A DNA stretch of 24,000 nucleotides from contig JAEZVR010000098.1 of NCBI GenBank assembly GCA_023420715.1, forward strand, positions 3,412 through 27,411, given 5' to 3'. A program made the position numbers and the translations under genes. Source of the DNA: Bacillota bacterium. Its GTDB lineage: Bacteria > Bacillota > Clostridia > Saccharofermentanales > Fastidiosipilaceae. Positions 15,887 to 24,000 of the stretch are shown piece by piece (within the stretch, counting starts at the first letter, position 1; each line of letters starts with the position of its first letter). The notes under the pieces are model-generated. The model had not been told where the DNA came from. It did not search any database and was given only the letters and a program-made list of their open reading frames with translations.

Positions 15887-16942
15887 ATGAAAAAACTCTT
15901 GAGCAGCAGCCTTGCGATGCTGACCCTCCTTGGCTTATTGGTCAGCTGTGGTGCGCCAAAAGCTTCAACAACGAACACCACCAGCGAATCTTCACCGGCA
16001 TCATCCAGCGCTTCAGAATCAAAAGCAGCCACATCAGATCAGCCAGATGTCATTCATATCAGTGCACATAAAGGCCCAACCGCAATCGGAATGGTCAAAT
16101 TAATGGCCGATCAACAACAGTCATCCAGCAAAAAATATGACATTAATATTTTGGCTAGCGTGGACGAGGTCGCACCCAAACTGGCAAAGGGGGAACTCGA
16201 TATCGCCGCCATCCCAGCCAACCTCAGTTCTGTTCTATACAATAAAACCCAGCAGATTCAAGTCATGGCCATCAACACGCTCGGCGTACTCTACATGATC
16301 GAAGCTGGGGAAAACGTCAAATCCGTTTCCGATTTGAAGGGGAAGACCATTTATGCCCCTAACAAAGGCGCTACCCCAGAATATGTTTTACGCCATGTTT
16401 TAAAAAGTAACCAATTAGATCCAGACAAAGATGTCACCATCGAATTTAAAACTGAACCTGCAGAATGCATTGCTGCACTCAATGCCAATCACGATGCCGT
16501 CGCCATGTTGCCTCAGCCTTTCGTCACGGCTGCTGTCGCAAAAAATAAAAATTTCCATGTGGCCTTGGATATGACCAAGGAATGGGATGCCATTCACCAA
16601 TCTAGCGACAAGCCTTCTGCTCTCGTAACCGGTGTCGTGGTAGCCCGCAAAGCATTTATCGAAGAACATCCAGATCTTGTTCAGACCTTTTTAGAAGATT
16701 ACAAAGCATCTACGAGCTTTATTAATGAACAAATTGATGAAGCTGCCAAACTTGTCGGGTCATTTGACATTGTCCCAGAAGCCATTGCCAAAAAAGCCAT
16801 TCCCGCTTGCAACATCACCTACATCGATGGCCAAGAGATGAAGGATAAACTCTCTGGTTATTTATCTGTTCTGCATTCGGAAAATCCGAAATCTGTTGGC
16901 GGAAAATTGCCCGATGATGGCTATTACTACCAAGCAAAATAA
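15887..16942 (+). CDS. ABC transporter substrate-binding lipoprotein (NMT1/THI5- or SsuA-like, NitT/TauT family)
   Basis: 'MKKLLSSSLAMLTLLGLLVSC' is a signal peptide with a lipobox, followed by a Ser/Thr-rich linker and a type II binding-protein body ('LKGKTIYAPNKGATPEYVL'). The start could be 15881 or 15887; AAAGGAA lies upstream. Confidence 0.8.
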   Translation: MKKLLSSSLAMLTLLGLLVSCGAPKASTTNTTSESSPASSSASESKAATSDQPDVIHISAHKGPTAIGMVKLMADQQQSSSKKYDINILASVDEVAPKLAKGELDIAAIPANLSSVLYNKTQQIQVMAINTLGVLYMIEAGENVKSVSDLKGKTIYAPNKGATPEYVLRHVLKSNQLDPDKDVTIEFKTEPAECIAALNANHDAVAMLPQPFVTAAVAKNKNFHVALDMTKEWDAIHQSSDKPSALVTGVVVARKAFIEEHPDLVQTFLEDYKASTSFINEQIDEAAKLVGSFDIVPEAIAKKAIPACNITYIDGQEMKDKLSGYLSVLHSENPKSVGGKLPDDGYYYQAK

Positions 16943-16960
16943 TCAGACGTTACGACACAT

Positions 16961-16991
16961 GCGCCGGTGTGAACACATCGGCGCTTTTATT
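16961..16991 (+). terminator. Rho-independent terminator/attenuator between the binding-protein gene and the fused permease-ATPase gene
   Basis: gcgccggtgt (gaac) acatcggcgc forms a 10-bp GC-rich stem with one G-U pair, followed by ttttatt. It ends 8 nt before the ATG at 17000. Confidence 0.6.
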
Positions 16992-16999
16992 CACTGACC

Positions 17000-18433
17000 A
17001 TGCAGTTAAAAAAACATTTCCCCATCATTTTAGCCAGTCTATTTTGGCTCTTCATTTGGCAGGTTGCCAGTCATTTATTTGCACACACACCTGTTTCGAT
17101 TCTCATCGTATCGCCCATTCAGGTTGTGATTCATTTGTGGCATCAACTCGCCACATCTGCCTTTTGGTTTGCTGTTTTTACATCTACCTTGCGGATTTTA
17201 ACCGGCTATGCGATTGGATTGATCAGCGCATTGATCTTGGCCTATTTGAGCCATCGTTCTAAGCTGATTCACCTTTTGCTTAAGCCTCTAATGACCACCA
17301 TTAAAACCATTCCCGTGGCCTCTTTTATTATTCTTGTTTTAATTTTTTTCAATACCCAACAGCTGGTTTTAATCATCTCCATGCTCATGGTATTGCCAAT
17401 TTTTTATGTGCAAATATTACATGGACGCCAGGCTGTCGATCCGCAATTGTTGGAAATGGCCCAGATCTTTGCCTGTAGCCGGATAAACAGATGGCGATAC
17501 ATCCTCTGCCCAGAACTCAAAACTCATTTTATGGCCGCTTCTACTGTGGCCTTAGGTCTCGTCTGGAAAGCAGGGATCGCCGCTGAGGTGATTGGACTTG
17601 TCAGCGGTTCCATTGGGGAAAAATTACAACAATCCAAATTGTATTTTGATATGCTGGATCTCTTTTCGTGGACGATTGTCATCTTAATCCTAAGCGCCCT
17701 CAGTGAATGGATGATTTCAAAACTCTGGAAGACATGCTTTAACTTAATCACAAAAGCACCACCTAAAAATCGAAAAATACATACCCGTCAGACACAAAAA
17801 TCAACACTGCCAACTTGTATTCAATTCATTTCAGTCTACAAGCAATATGACGAGCAGCCTGTTTTAGAAAATCTTCAATTAAACATTCCTATTGGCGCAA
17901 CACGCGTCCTCATGGGAGAATCCGGCGTCGGTAAAACAACCCTGACCAAGCTGCTCCTAAACCTGATTCAACCGACGCAAGGCCGAATAGAGGGTCTTGA
18001 AACACTCGATAAAAGCGCTGTCTTTCAAGAAGATCGACTCTGTGAATCCCTATCTGTTTGGACCAATCTCAAAATGGTCTGCCCAAATCTATCTTTTTCA
18101 GAGGCAGAAAAGGCACTCTCTAAAGTTGGATTAGGTGGTATCTGCGATCAAATCGTTCAAACCTTATCGGGTGGCATGAAACGGCGAGTCAGTCTTATCA
18201 GGGGATGTTTGGCAGAGGCAGATTGTTATATCTTAGACGAGCCATTCAAAGGTTTAGATGTTGAAACAAAACGTCAGGTCATCCAATTCGTCAAACAACA
18301 GCTACGCGACAAAACTGTCCTCTTGATCACCCATGATCATCAGGAAGCCGCCTGTTTTTGTTTACCAGAAAACATTATTCATTTAGATCGCCTAAAACCC
18401 GGTGTTCCGACCAGTCCGTCACTTGACGAATAA
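17000..18433 (+). CDS. Fused ABC importer subunit: N-terminal NitT/TauT-type permease plus C-terminal ATP-binding domain
   Basis: Residues ~1-245 are a multi-TM permease and ~246-267 a basic linker. Residues ~268-477 are an NBD with Walker A 'GESGVGKT', Q-loop 'VFQED', signature 'LSGGMKRR', Walker B 'CYILDEPF' and H-loop 'ITHDH'. The reading frame is continuous. Confidence 0.85.
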   Translation: MQLKKHFPIILASLFWLFIWQVASHLFAHTPVSILIVSPIQVVIHLWHQLATSAFWFAVFTSTLRILTGYAIGLISALILAYLSHRSKLIHLLLKPLMTTIKTIPVASFIILVLIFFNTQQLVLIISMLMVLPIFYVQILHGRQAVDPQLLEMAQIFACSRINRWRYILCPELKTHFMAASTVALGLVWKAGIAAEVIGLVSGSIGEKLQQSKLYFDMLDLFSWTIVILILSALSEWMISKLWKTCFNLITKAPPKNRKIHTRQTQKSTLPTCIQFISVYKQYDEQPVLENLQLNIPIGATRVLMGESGVGKTTLTKLLLNLIQPTQGRIEGLETLDKSAVFQEDRLCESLSVWTNLKMVCPNLSFSEAEKALSKVGLGGICDQIVQTLSGGMKRRVSLIRGCLAEADCYILDEPFKGLDVETKRQVIQFVKQQLRDKTVLLITHDHQEAACFCLPENIIHLDRLKPGVPTSPSLDE

Positions 18434-18968
18434 CACGAGCTGGATTCCCGCCGACAATCGTGTCGGAAGGCACATCTTTAGTCACCACACTGCCACCTGC
18501 AACGACGACTCGATCTCCAATCGTTACACCGGGCATCACTTTTACCCCACCGCCAAACCACACCTGATTCCCCACTTTAATCGGCAAAGCTTTTTCTAAA
18601 AAGGTTGACCGTTCATCTGGATGAACCGGGTGAACAGCCGTATAAAAGCCACACTGGGGACCGATCATCACATCATCTCCAAATTGGATTCGGGCGGCAT
18701 CCAAGAAAACGGTTTGATAATTGGCAAAAAAGCGATCACCGACCTCAATCTGATACCCATAGTCACAATAAATGGGTGCAAAAATACCTACATCTTCACC
18801 AATCTTGCCGAACAATTTTTTTAAAAGCGCGACCTGCCCAGATGTATCCGAGGGAAAAAGTTGATTAATCTGCTGACAAAGTGCCTGGGCTCGAAAACGC
18901 TCTGCCACCAAATCCGGATCGCCTGGAAAATAGAACTGTTGTTGCATCATCTTCTCTTTTTCGGTCAT
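18375..18968 (-). CDS. maa: Maltose/galactoside O-acetyltransferase (hexapeptide-repeat, Maa/LacA family)
   Basis: The N-terminus 'MTEKEKMMQQQFYFPGDPDLVAERFRAQALCQQIN' and the C-terminal left-handed beta-helix repeats ('VWFGGGVKVMPGVTIGDRVVVAGGSVVTKDVP...GGNPARVIR') closely follow the Maa pattern. GGAGG lies upstream. Confidence 0.9.
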   Translation of the reverse strand: MTEKEKMMQQQFYFPGDPDLVAERFRAQALCQQINQLFPSDTSGQVALLKKLFGKIGEDVGIFAPIYCDYGYQIEVGDRFFANYQTVFLDAARIQFGDDVMIGPQCGFYTAVHPVHPDERSTFLEKALPIKVGNQVWFGGGVKVMPGVTIGDRVVVAGGSVVTKDVPSDTIVGGNPARVIRQVTDWSEHRVLGDLNE

Positions 18969-19798
18969 GTTGTCCTCCGTTTTTGACTGCGATACTGAGC
19001 TGGCGTGGCATCCATCATCTGTTTAAATAATCGACTGAAAACAAGTGGGTTTTGGTAACCACATTGCCCTGCAATTTCGGTAATCGACAACGAGGTTAAA
19101 TCCAAGAGTTCGCATGCATAAGACACTCTAAATTGGTTCAAAAACTGTTTAGGCGTCGTTTCTAAAATCTCTTTAAATAGTGTGTGCAAATAGGTGCGAT
19201 CAATCCCAACTGCTTGGGCAATTTTTTCGATGGTAATCGCTTCGTGATAATGGGTTTGGATATATTTAATCGCTTCTTCTAAGTAGGGTGACTTAAAGGG
19301 CAATTTTTGCTGGTATACCCGGGAATGAGAAGTACAAAGGAGGGCAAAAAATTCATATAAATAACCTTGGAGACGATATCGCGCCGATTTAAGCCGAACG
19401 TCACAACTCAACATATTGAAGATGAGCATTTCCATATCTGCACGACAATCGTGCGTAAAAACCAATTGGTTTTTACCCAAACCTAAATCCGCCAAATAAA
19501 CTGGCGCCTGTTCTCCTGAAAAACCGACCCAGACATAAGTCCATGGATCAACCGCATCAGCCTGATACCAAGTCGAAACCCCAGGTTCAATTAAAAAGCC
19601 TTGTCCGGCCGAAAGTTTATAGGTATTTCGTCCAACCTGATAAACCCCTTGTCCACTTAAAATATAGTGAAATAAGTAATGGGTTCGAACCGCAGGGCCA
19701 AATTGATGTTTTGCCCAACATTTGGCATATCCGCAAAAGCCAAACGAAACATCTTTAAAAAAATCATCGTATACCTTTAAGACCTGATCATCTTCCAT
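18965..19798 (-). CDS. AraC-family transcriptional regulator (cupin sensor + HTH, MsmR/RafR-like)
   Basis: N-terminal cupin-like 'HYLFHYILSGQGVY...GQGFLIEPG', C-terminal dual HTH ('ITIEKIAQAVGIDRTYLHTLFK', 'SITEIAGQCGYQNPLVFSRLFK'). It is divergent from the alpha-galactoside genes. Confidence 0.9.
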   Translation of the reverse strand: MEDDQVLKVYDDFFKDVSFGFCGYAKCWAKHQFGPAVRTHYLFHYILSGQGVYQVGRNTYKLSAGQGFLIEPGVSTWYQADAVDPWTYVWVGFSGEQAPVYLADLGLGKNQLVFTHDCRADMEMLIFNMLSCDVRLKSARYRLQGYLYEFFALLCTSHSRVYQQKLPFKSPYLEEAIKYIQTHYHEAITIEKIAQAVGIDRTYLHTLFKEILETTPKQFLNQFRVSYACELLDLTSLSITEIAGQCGYQNPLVFSRLFKQMMDATPAQYRSQKRRTT

Positions 19799-19844
19799 TT
19801 TTCACATCCATCGATCTCTTAATCATCCAAAACGTTAAATCATT

Positions 19845-19884
19845 TTTGTTGATTTTGTCTAATTTTACATTCTAATTCAACAAA
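19845..19884. promoter_or_regulatory. Candidate operator cluster in the araC/symporter intergenic region
   Basis: 8-bp inverted repeat tttgttga (19845-19852) / tcaacaaa (19877-19884). It encloses a direct repeat tctaatt (19858-19864 and 19871-19877). Confidence 0.3.
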
Positions 19885-19985
19885 ATGTCTGTAAGTTCCA
19901 ACTAAAAAATCTACTGTTCCCATTTGATGCGTTGCTAATTTTTAACCAGATTAACACGAAACAACGTATCAAGAAGGAGGAACGT

Positions 19986-21392
19986 ATGACTGTGGATCAA
20001 AAACCAATGTATCAAACCGTTTCTACCCGAGCCAAGTATTGTTTTGGTATTGGGGCCATTGGGAAAGATGCAATCGTCAATTTGGTCAGTGTCTTTTTAA
20101 TGCTATATCTGACCGACACCCTATATCTTTCGCCGGCATTTGTCGGTACCCTTTTCTTCATCGCCCGTATTTGGGACGCCTTCAATGATCCGATGATGGG
20201 CATGATTGTAGACAACACACGCTCCAAATATGGCAAATTCCGTATTTGGTTAGTGGTCGGTACCTTGCTGAATGCCATTGTCTTTGTCCTGATGTTTACC
20301 AGTTTGGGCTTGAGCGGTACCTCTTTGTATGTTTATATTGCCATTATTTATATTCTATACGGCATGACCTACACCATTATGGACGTGCCCTATTGGTCCT
20401 GGTTACCAAACTTAACCAATGATCCGCACGAACGTGAAAAAGTATCGGTTATTCCCCGTTTTTTTGCATCATTTGCAGGCTTCCTCATCGCCACCTTTGG
20501 ACTTGGCATCTTAAAATGGTTTAATGATCGTGCAGGTGCACCGAGCAATCGCAGTGAAATCGGGTTTACCCATTTTGCCATTGTCGTTGCCATTCTGTTC
20601 ATCGTCACCATCGGCATTACCGTTTTGAATGTAAAAGAAAAATCAACCCTCGGTACAAAAGCAACCAAAACCAGTTTTAAGCAAGCTTTCCATATCATCA
20701 TTAAAAACGACCAATTGGTCAGTTTTATCGGCCTCTTGCTCACCTTTAATTTAGCAACCCAAATTGTCAAAAGCTTTGCCGTCTACTACTTTAAAGATGT
20801 CATCGGAAACGAGTGGCTGTATTCCATCTTTGGATTTGCATGGGCAGCTGAAATGGTCGGACTCATTGTTTTCCCTCGCGTCGCTCGCCTCATGCCTCGC
20901 CAAAACGTCTATGCTTGGTCTTGTGGACTTGTCGTCTGTGGCGTCGCCATCCTCGGCATTGCAGGACTTGTTCTCCCCCAAAACCTCATCATTCTCATTA
21001 TTGGATGTGCCATGATGGCGCTTGGTTCTGGCATGTCTCTTGGTGTCACCACCTGCTGTATTGCTGATGTCATTGATTATGGTGAAGTTAAATTTGGCGT
21101 TCGCAATGAATCAATCACCTGCTCTTCTCAAACCTTCCTCATGAAACTTGCCATGGCCGCTGCAGGTGGATTAACAGGCGTCGGTCTGCAAGCTGTCGGA
21201 TACAATGCCAAACTCACACAACAAGCTGCATCTACGGTATCAGGTATTCGTTTCTTCACGATCGTATTGCCCATTATTTTTGCAGCACTCAGTTATTTCA
21301 TCTATCACAAATCTTATCAGCTGAAAGGAAAAAAACTCGAAGAAGTCGCCATTCAGCTCAACCAAAAACATGCTATGGATAACGAGGCATAA
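19986..21392 (+). CDS. Glycoside-pentoside-hexuronide (GPH):cation symporter (MelB/LacS-like, no IIA domain)
   Basis: 12-TM-type protein with the GPH signature region 'ARIWDAFNDPMMGMIVDNTRSKYGKFRIW'. The start is set at ATG 19986 with AAGGAGG upstream. The TTG start in the ORF track is rejected. Confidence 0.9.
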   Translation: MTVDQKPMYQTVSTRAKYCFGIGAIGKDAIVNLVSVFLMLYLTDTLYLSPAFVGTLFFIARIWDAFNDPMMGMIVDNTRSKYGKFRIWLVVGTLLNAIVFVLMFTSLGLSGTSLYVYIAIIYILYGMTYTIMDVPYWSWLPNLTNDPHEREKVSVIPRFFASFAGFLIATFGLGILKWFNDRAGAPSNRSEIGFTHFAIVVAILFIVTIGITVLNVKEKSTLGTKATKTSFKQAFHIIIKNDQLVSFIGLLLTFNLATQIVKSFAVYYFKDVIGNEWLYSIFGFAWAAEMVGLIVFPRVARLMPRQNVYAWSCGLVVCGVAILGIAGLVLPQNLIILIIGCAMMALGSGMSLGVTTCCIADVIDYGEVKFGVRNESITCSSQTFLMKLAMAAAGGLTGVGLQAVGYNAKLTQQAASTVSGIRFFTIVLPIIFAALSYFIYHKSYQLKGKKLEEVAIQLNQKHAMDNEA

Positions 21393-21394
21393 AT

Positions 21395-23647
21395 ATGGCA
21401 ATCCATTTTTTTGAAAATCAAGGTGTTTTTCATCTGACGAATGCGCATCTATCTTACATCCTGCACATTTTGCCAAACGGACATTTAGGACAACTCTATT
21501 TTGGCAGTGCCATCCCAATAGATGAAGATTACCGCTATCTCTTTGAAGGGGCACCACGCCCAATGACCACCTATGTGTTCGAAGGGGATACCCAATTTTC
21601 GCTCGAGCACACCCGAGAAGAATATCCCGTTTATGGTCATTCAGATTATCGCTCAGGGGCTTGCCGCGTGGTACAGCCAAATGGTGCATCTATTTTAAAT
21701 TTAGAATATGTGTCCCACATGATCCAACATGGGAAACCCGCCTTGCCTGGACTTCCCGCCTGCAGAGCCACCCAAGCCGAAGCACAAACCCTGGAAATTC
21801 TGCTCAAAGATCAGGTGAGCGGCCTAAAGATTACATTGTCCTACACAATCTACGAAGAACTGCCCATGATCTGCCGCCACGCTGAATTCAAAAACGATGG
21901 TGTAAACACCCTGCGATTGCAAAAAGCTTTCAGTTTGGCATTGGATTTACCAGACGACAACTGGTTATGGCATGAATTTGTTGGAGCTTGGAGCCGAGAA
22001 AGACATTTATTTAAAAGACCTTTAACGCCAGGTATGACAGCCATTGGCTCCACCCGCGGGCATTCTTCGCATCAATTTAATCCATTTGTCTGCCTAACAC
22101 GCAGCCATACGACAGAACATACTGGACAAGCCATTGGATGCAGTTTTGTTTATTCAGGGAACTTTTTAATTCAAGCTGAGGTCGATGCGTATCACACCAC
22201 CCGCTTACTGTGTGGCATTCATCCGGAAAACTTTGAATGGGCACTCCGCCCTGGTGAATCTTTTGTGACGCCAGAAGCCGTTTTAGGCTATAGTACACAA
22301 GGTCTAAATGGCCTTAGCCAGGCCTTTCATAACCTGATGCGCAACCACCTCAGTCGAGAACCTTGGGGAGAAATGGTACGTCCACTCTTGGTCAACAACT
22401 GGGAAGGCACCTATTTCGATTTTACGGAAGAAAAACTATTGGGTATTGCACAAAAAGCAAAAGATTTGGGATTAGAACTCTTTGTTTTGGACGACGGCTG
22501 GTTTGGGGAACGAACGCACGAAAAAGCCGGGCTGGGCGACTGGTGGCCAAATACCAAACGACTTAAAAATGGCATTGCCGGCCTGTCACAAAAAATCCGC
22601 GCCTTAGGTTTGAAATTCGGATTATGGTTCGAGCCCGAAATGTGCAATCAAGATTCAGATCTTTACCGCAACCATCCAGATTGGATCTTACAAACTCCAG
22701 GCTATTCCGCCTCACACGGACGGCATCAATACGTCTTAGATTTTTCTCGCCAAGAAGTCATCGACTATATCTATCAATTGATGGAACAAGTCATTCGAGA
22801 CGGCGAACTGGACTATATCAAATGGGATATGAATCGCTCCCTGAGTGAAGTCTATTCAACTGCTTACCCTCCACATCAACAAGGGGAGATCTTTCACCGG
22901 CATATTTTGGGGGTCTACCAGCTCCATCAACGTCTGCTAGACAGTTTTCCACAGCTCCTCATTGAAGGCTGTTCTTCTGGCGGTGGTCGCTTTGATCCTG
23001 GCATGCTCCCCTACTGCCCTCAAATCTGGACAAGTGATGATACCGACGCCATCGAACGCCTATTCATTCAACACGGCACCTCCTATGCCTATCCCATTTC
23101 CTGCATCGGAGCCCACGTCTCGGTATCGCCCAACCATCAAGTCTTACGGCATACACCGCTATTTACACGTGCTGCAGTTGCCCTGTTCGGCACATTTGGC
23201 TATGAATTGGACTTAATGCAGCTGTCAGATGATACTTGTCAAATCATTAAAAGAGAAATGATTTGGGTGAAAATTTGGCGTTGTATGATTCAGCATGGTC
23301 AGTTTACCCGCTTGCGTTCACCTTTTGAAGGAAATGACGTGGCTTGGGCAGCAATGGATTTAACAAAAAGTAAAGGGGTAGTCGGTTATTACCGCATCCT
23401 CAATCGGATCAATGATCGGTTTGATCGACTCCCTTTACCCATGCTTAACGATATGGAGAAGTATCGCATTTGTGAAGTTGCAGAAGATTTTTCTGAAGAA
23501 AGACCTATTGGTCAATATTCGGGTAAAACCCTAAAAGAAATCGGTATCCTCTTATCTGATCCGACGGCTGGTGAAATCAGCAAATATGCAGGGCGTCTGC
23601 CAACAGACTTCTATGCACGCCTGTTCACCATAGAAAAAATCGCCTAG
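21395..23647 (+). CDS. Alpha-galactosidase, glycoside hydrolase family 36
   Basis: 750 aa. The N-terminus is 'FHLTNAHLSYILHILPNGHLGQLYFG'. Motifs include 'FVLDDGWFG', 'FGLWFEPEM', 'YIKWDMNR' and 'CSSGGGRFD', typical of GH36 AgaA/RafA-type enzymes. The ATG lies 2 nt after the symporter stop, preceded by GAGG. Confidence 0.95.
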   Translation: MAIHFFENQGVFHLTNAHLSYILHILPNGHLGQLYFGSAIPIDEDYRYLFEGAPRPMTTYVFEGDTQFSLEHTREEYPVYGHSDYRSGACRVVQPNGASILNLEYVSHMIQHGKPALPGLPACRATQAEAQTLEILLKDQVSGLKITLSYTIYEELPMICRHAEFKNDGVNTLRLQKAFSLALDLPDDNWLWHEFVGAWSRERHLFKRPLTPGMTAIGSTRGHSSHQFNPFVCLTRSHTTEHTGQAIGCSFVYSGNFLIQAEVDAYHTTRLLCGIHPENFEWALRPGESFVTPEAVLGYSTQGLNGLSQAFHNLMRNHLSREPWGEMVRPLLVNNWEGTYFDFTEEKLLGIAQKAKDLGLELFVLDDGWFGERTHEKAGLGDWWPNTKRLKNGIAGLSQKIRALGLKFGLWFEPEMCNQDSDLYRNHPDWILQTPGYSASHGRHQYVLDFSRQEVIDYIYQLMEQVIRDGELDYIKWDMNRSLSEVYSTAYPPHQQGEIFHRHILGVYQLHQRLLDSFPQLLIEGCSSGGGRFDPGMLPYCPQIWTSDDTDAIERLFIQHGTSYAYPISCIGAHVSVSPNHQVLRHTPLFTRAAVALFGTFGYELDLMQLSDDTCQIIKREMIWVKIWRCMIQHGQFTRLRSPFEGNDVAWAAMDLTKSKGVVGYYRILNRINDRFDRLPLPMLNDMEKYRICEVAEDFSEERPIGQYSGKTLKEIGILLSDPTAGEISKYAGRLPTDFYARLFTIEKIA

Positions 23648-23665
23648 GATTGCTATTTTTACCTG

Positions 23666-23697
23666 CATCCCTCGCCAAAATAGCGGGGGATGTTTTA
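23666..23697 (+). terminator. Rho-independent terminator after the alpha-galactosidase gene
   Basis: catccctcgc (caaaata) gcgggggatg forms a 10-bp stem with one G-U pair, followed by tttta. It overlaps the stop codon of the convergent bioY-like gene. Confidence 0.6.
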
Positions 23698-24000
23698 CTC
23701 GGCTTTACACCGCCAGGCTTTAATACTTGGCACGTCATGCAATCGCTTAGCCACAAATGCCACTAACAGACATTTTAAAAGATCGCCTGGGAGAAAAATC
23801 AGAAAACTGTTCACAAGCAGCGGCCATAATACAACCGTTTTGTGTAAGTAAAATTCTGAAATCAAGGCCAAATAACCAACACCGATCGCATAAATGGGCA
23901 CCAGACCCAATAAACCGGCTCCTACATATTTTAGCCAGTGATGTCCACCTTTTTGATCGACAGCATCTGATTTAAACCTTGTGCAGGCAGCTGACACATA
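23695..24000 (-). CDS. bioY: BioY-family biotin transporter S-component (3' part; gene continues beyond the window edge)
   Basis: Hydrophobic C-terminal portion ending in 'FLPGDLLKCLLVAFVAKRL', which matches the conserved BioY F-x-PGD-x-x-K motif. The reading frame is still open at position 24000, so the listed Met is probably internal. Confidence 0.55.
   Translation of the reverse strand, partial: YVSAACTRFKSDAVDQKGGHHWLKYVGAGLLGLVPIYAIGVGYLALISEFYLHKTVVLWPLLVNSFLIFLPGDLLKCLLVAFVAKRLHDVPSIKAWRCKAE

Noticed and set aside
15793-16032. 79-aa minus-strand ORF overlapping the start of the binding-protein gene.
   Set aside because: It is antisense to a well-supported lipoprotein gene and its promoter region, and has no SD.
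19799-19985. Searched for a CcpA cre site (TGWNANCGNTNWCA) upstream of the alpha-galactoside genes, and likewise upstream of the sugar ABC operon.
   Set aside because: The best candidate (around ccaaaacgttaaatc, ~19826-19840) lacks the flanking TG and CA positions. No convincing cre was seen by eye; a matrix scan would be needed.
1-24000. Checked intergenic regions for tRNA/rRNA, CRISPR repeats, IS inverted repeats, integrase/transposase or phage-like genes, and toxin-antitoxin pairs.
   Set aside because: None seen. All ORFs of 60 aa or more outside the annotated genes are shadow or overlapping ORFs. Intergenic regions are short and are explained by promoters and terminators, except the 415-nt 6055-6470 region discussed in the findings.

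Overview
This window reads as ordinary chromosome from a Gram-positive (Bacillota-type) anaerobe. The clues are a Bacillus-type dnaB/dnaI helicase-loader pair, lipobox lipoproteins, GGAGG-type Shine-Dalgarno sites and a pyruvate:ferredoxin oxidoreductase. I can support 20 protein-coding genes. They are a short A24 peptidase and a Fur/PerR-like regulator; a lone TIM-barrel sugar isomerase/epimerase; a ribose/galactose-type sugar ABC operon (binding protein, double ATPase, permease); rpmB; a tightly packed dnaB-dnaI-acpS-(P60-like) operon; PFOR; a CapA-like lipoprotein; a two-gene NMT1/SsuA-type ABC importer with permease and ATPase fused; an alpha-galactoside locus (AraC regulator + Maa acetyltransferase, divergent from a GPH symporter + GH36 alpha-galactosidase); and a partial bioY at the right edge. 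Several clean rho-independent terminators and candidate promoters are visible. By eye I found no rRNA, tRNA, CRISPR array, transposase/integrase, phage gene or long repeat. I found no convincing novel multi-gene system (defence, toxin-antitoxin or mobile). The items worth a second look are modest. The main ones are an NlpC/P60-like envelope protein with all three catalytic positions substituted, a perfect TGTGA-N6-TCACA palindrome plus a 10-bp inverted repeat in the sugar ABC control region, the fused ABC gene sitting 8 nt after a strong terminator, and a 59-nt convergent CDS overlap with maa. All functional calls come from motif recognition by eye, not from database searches.
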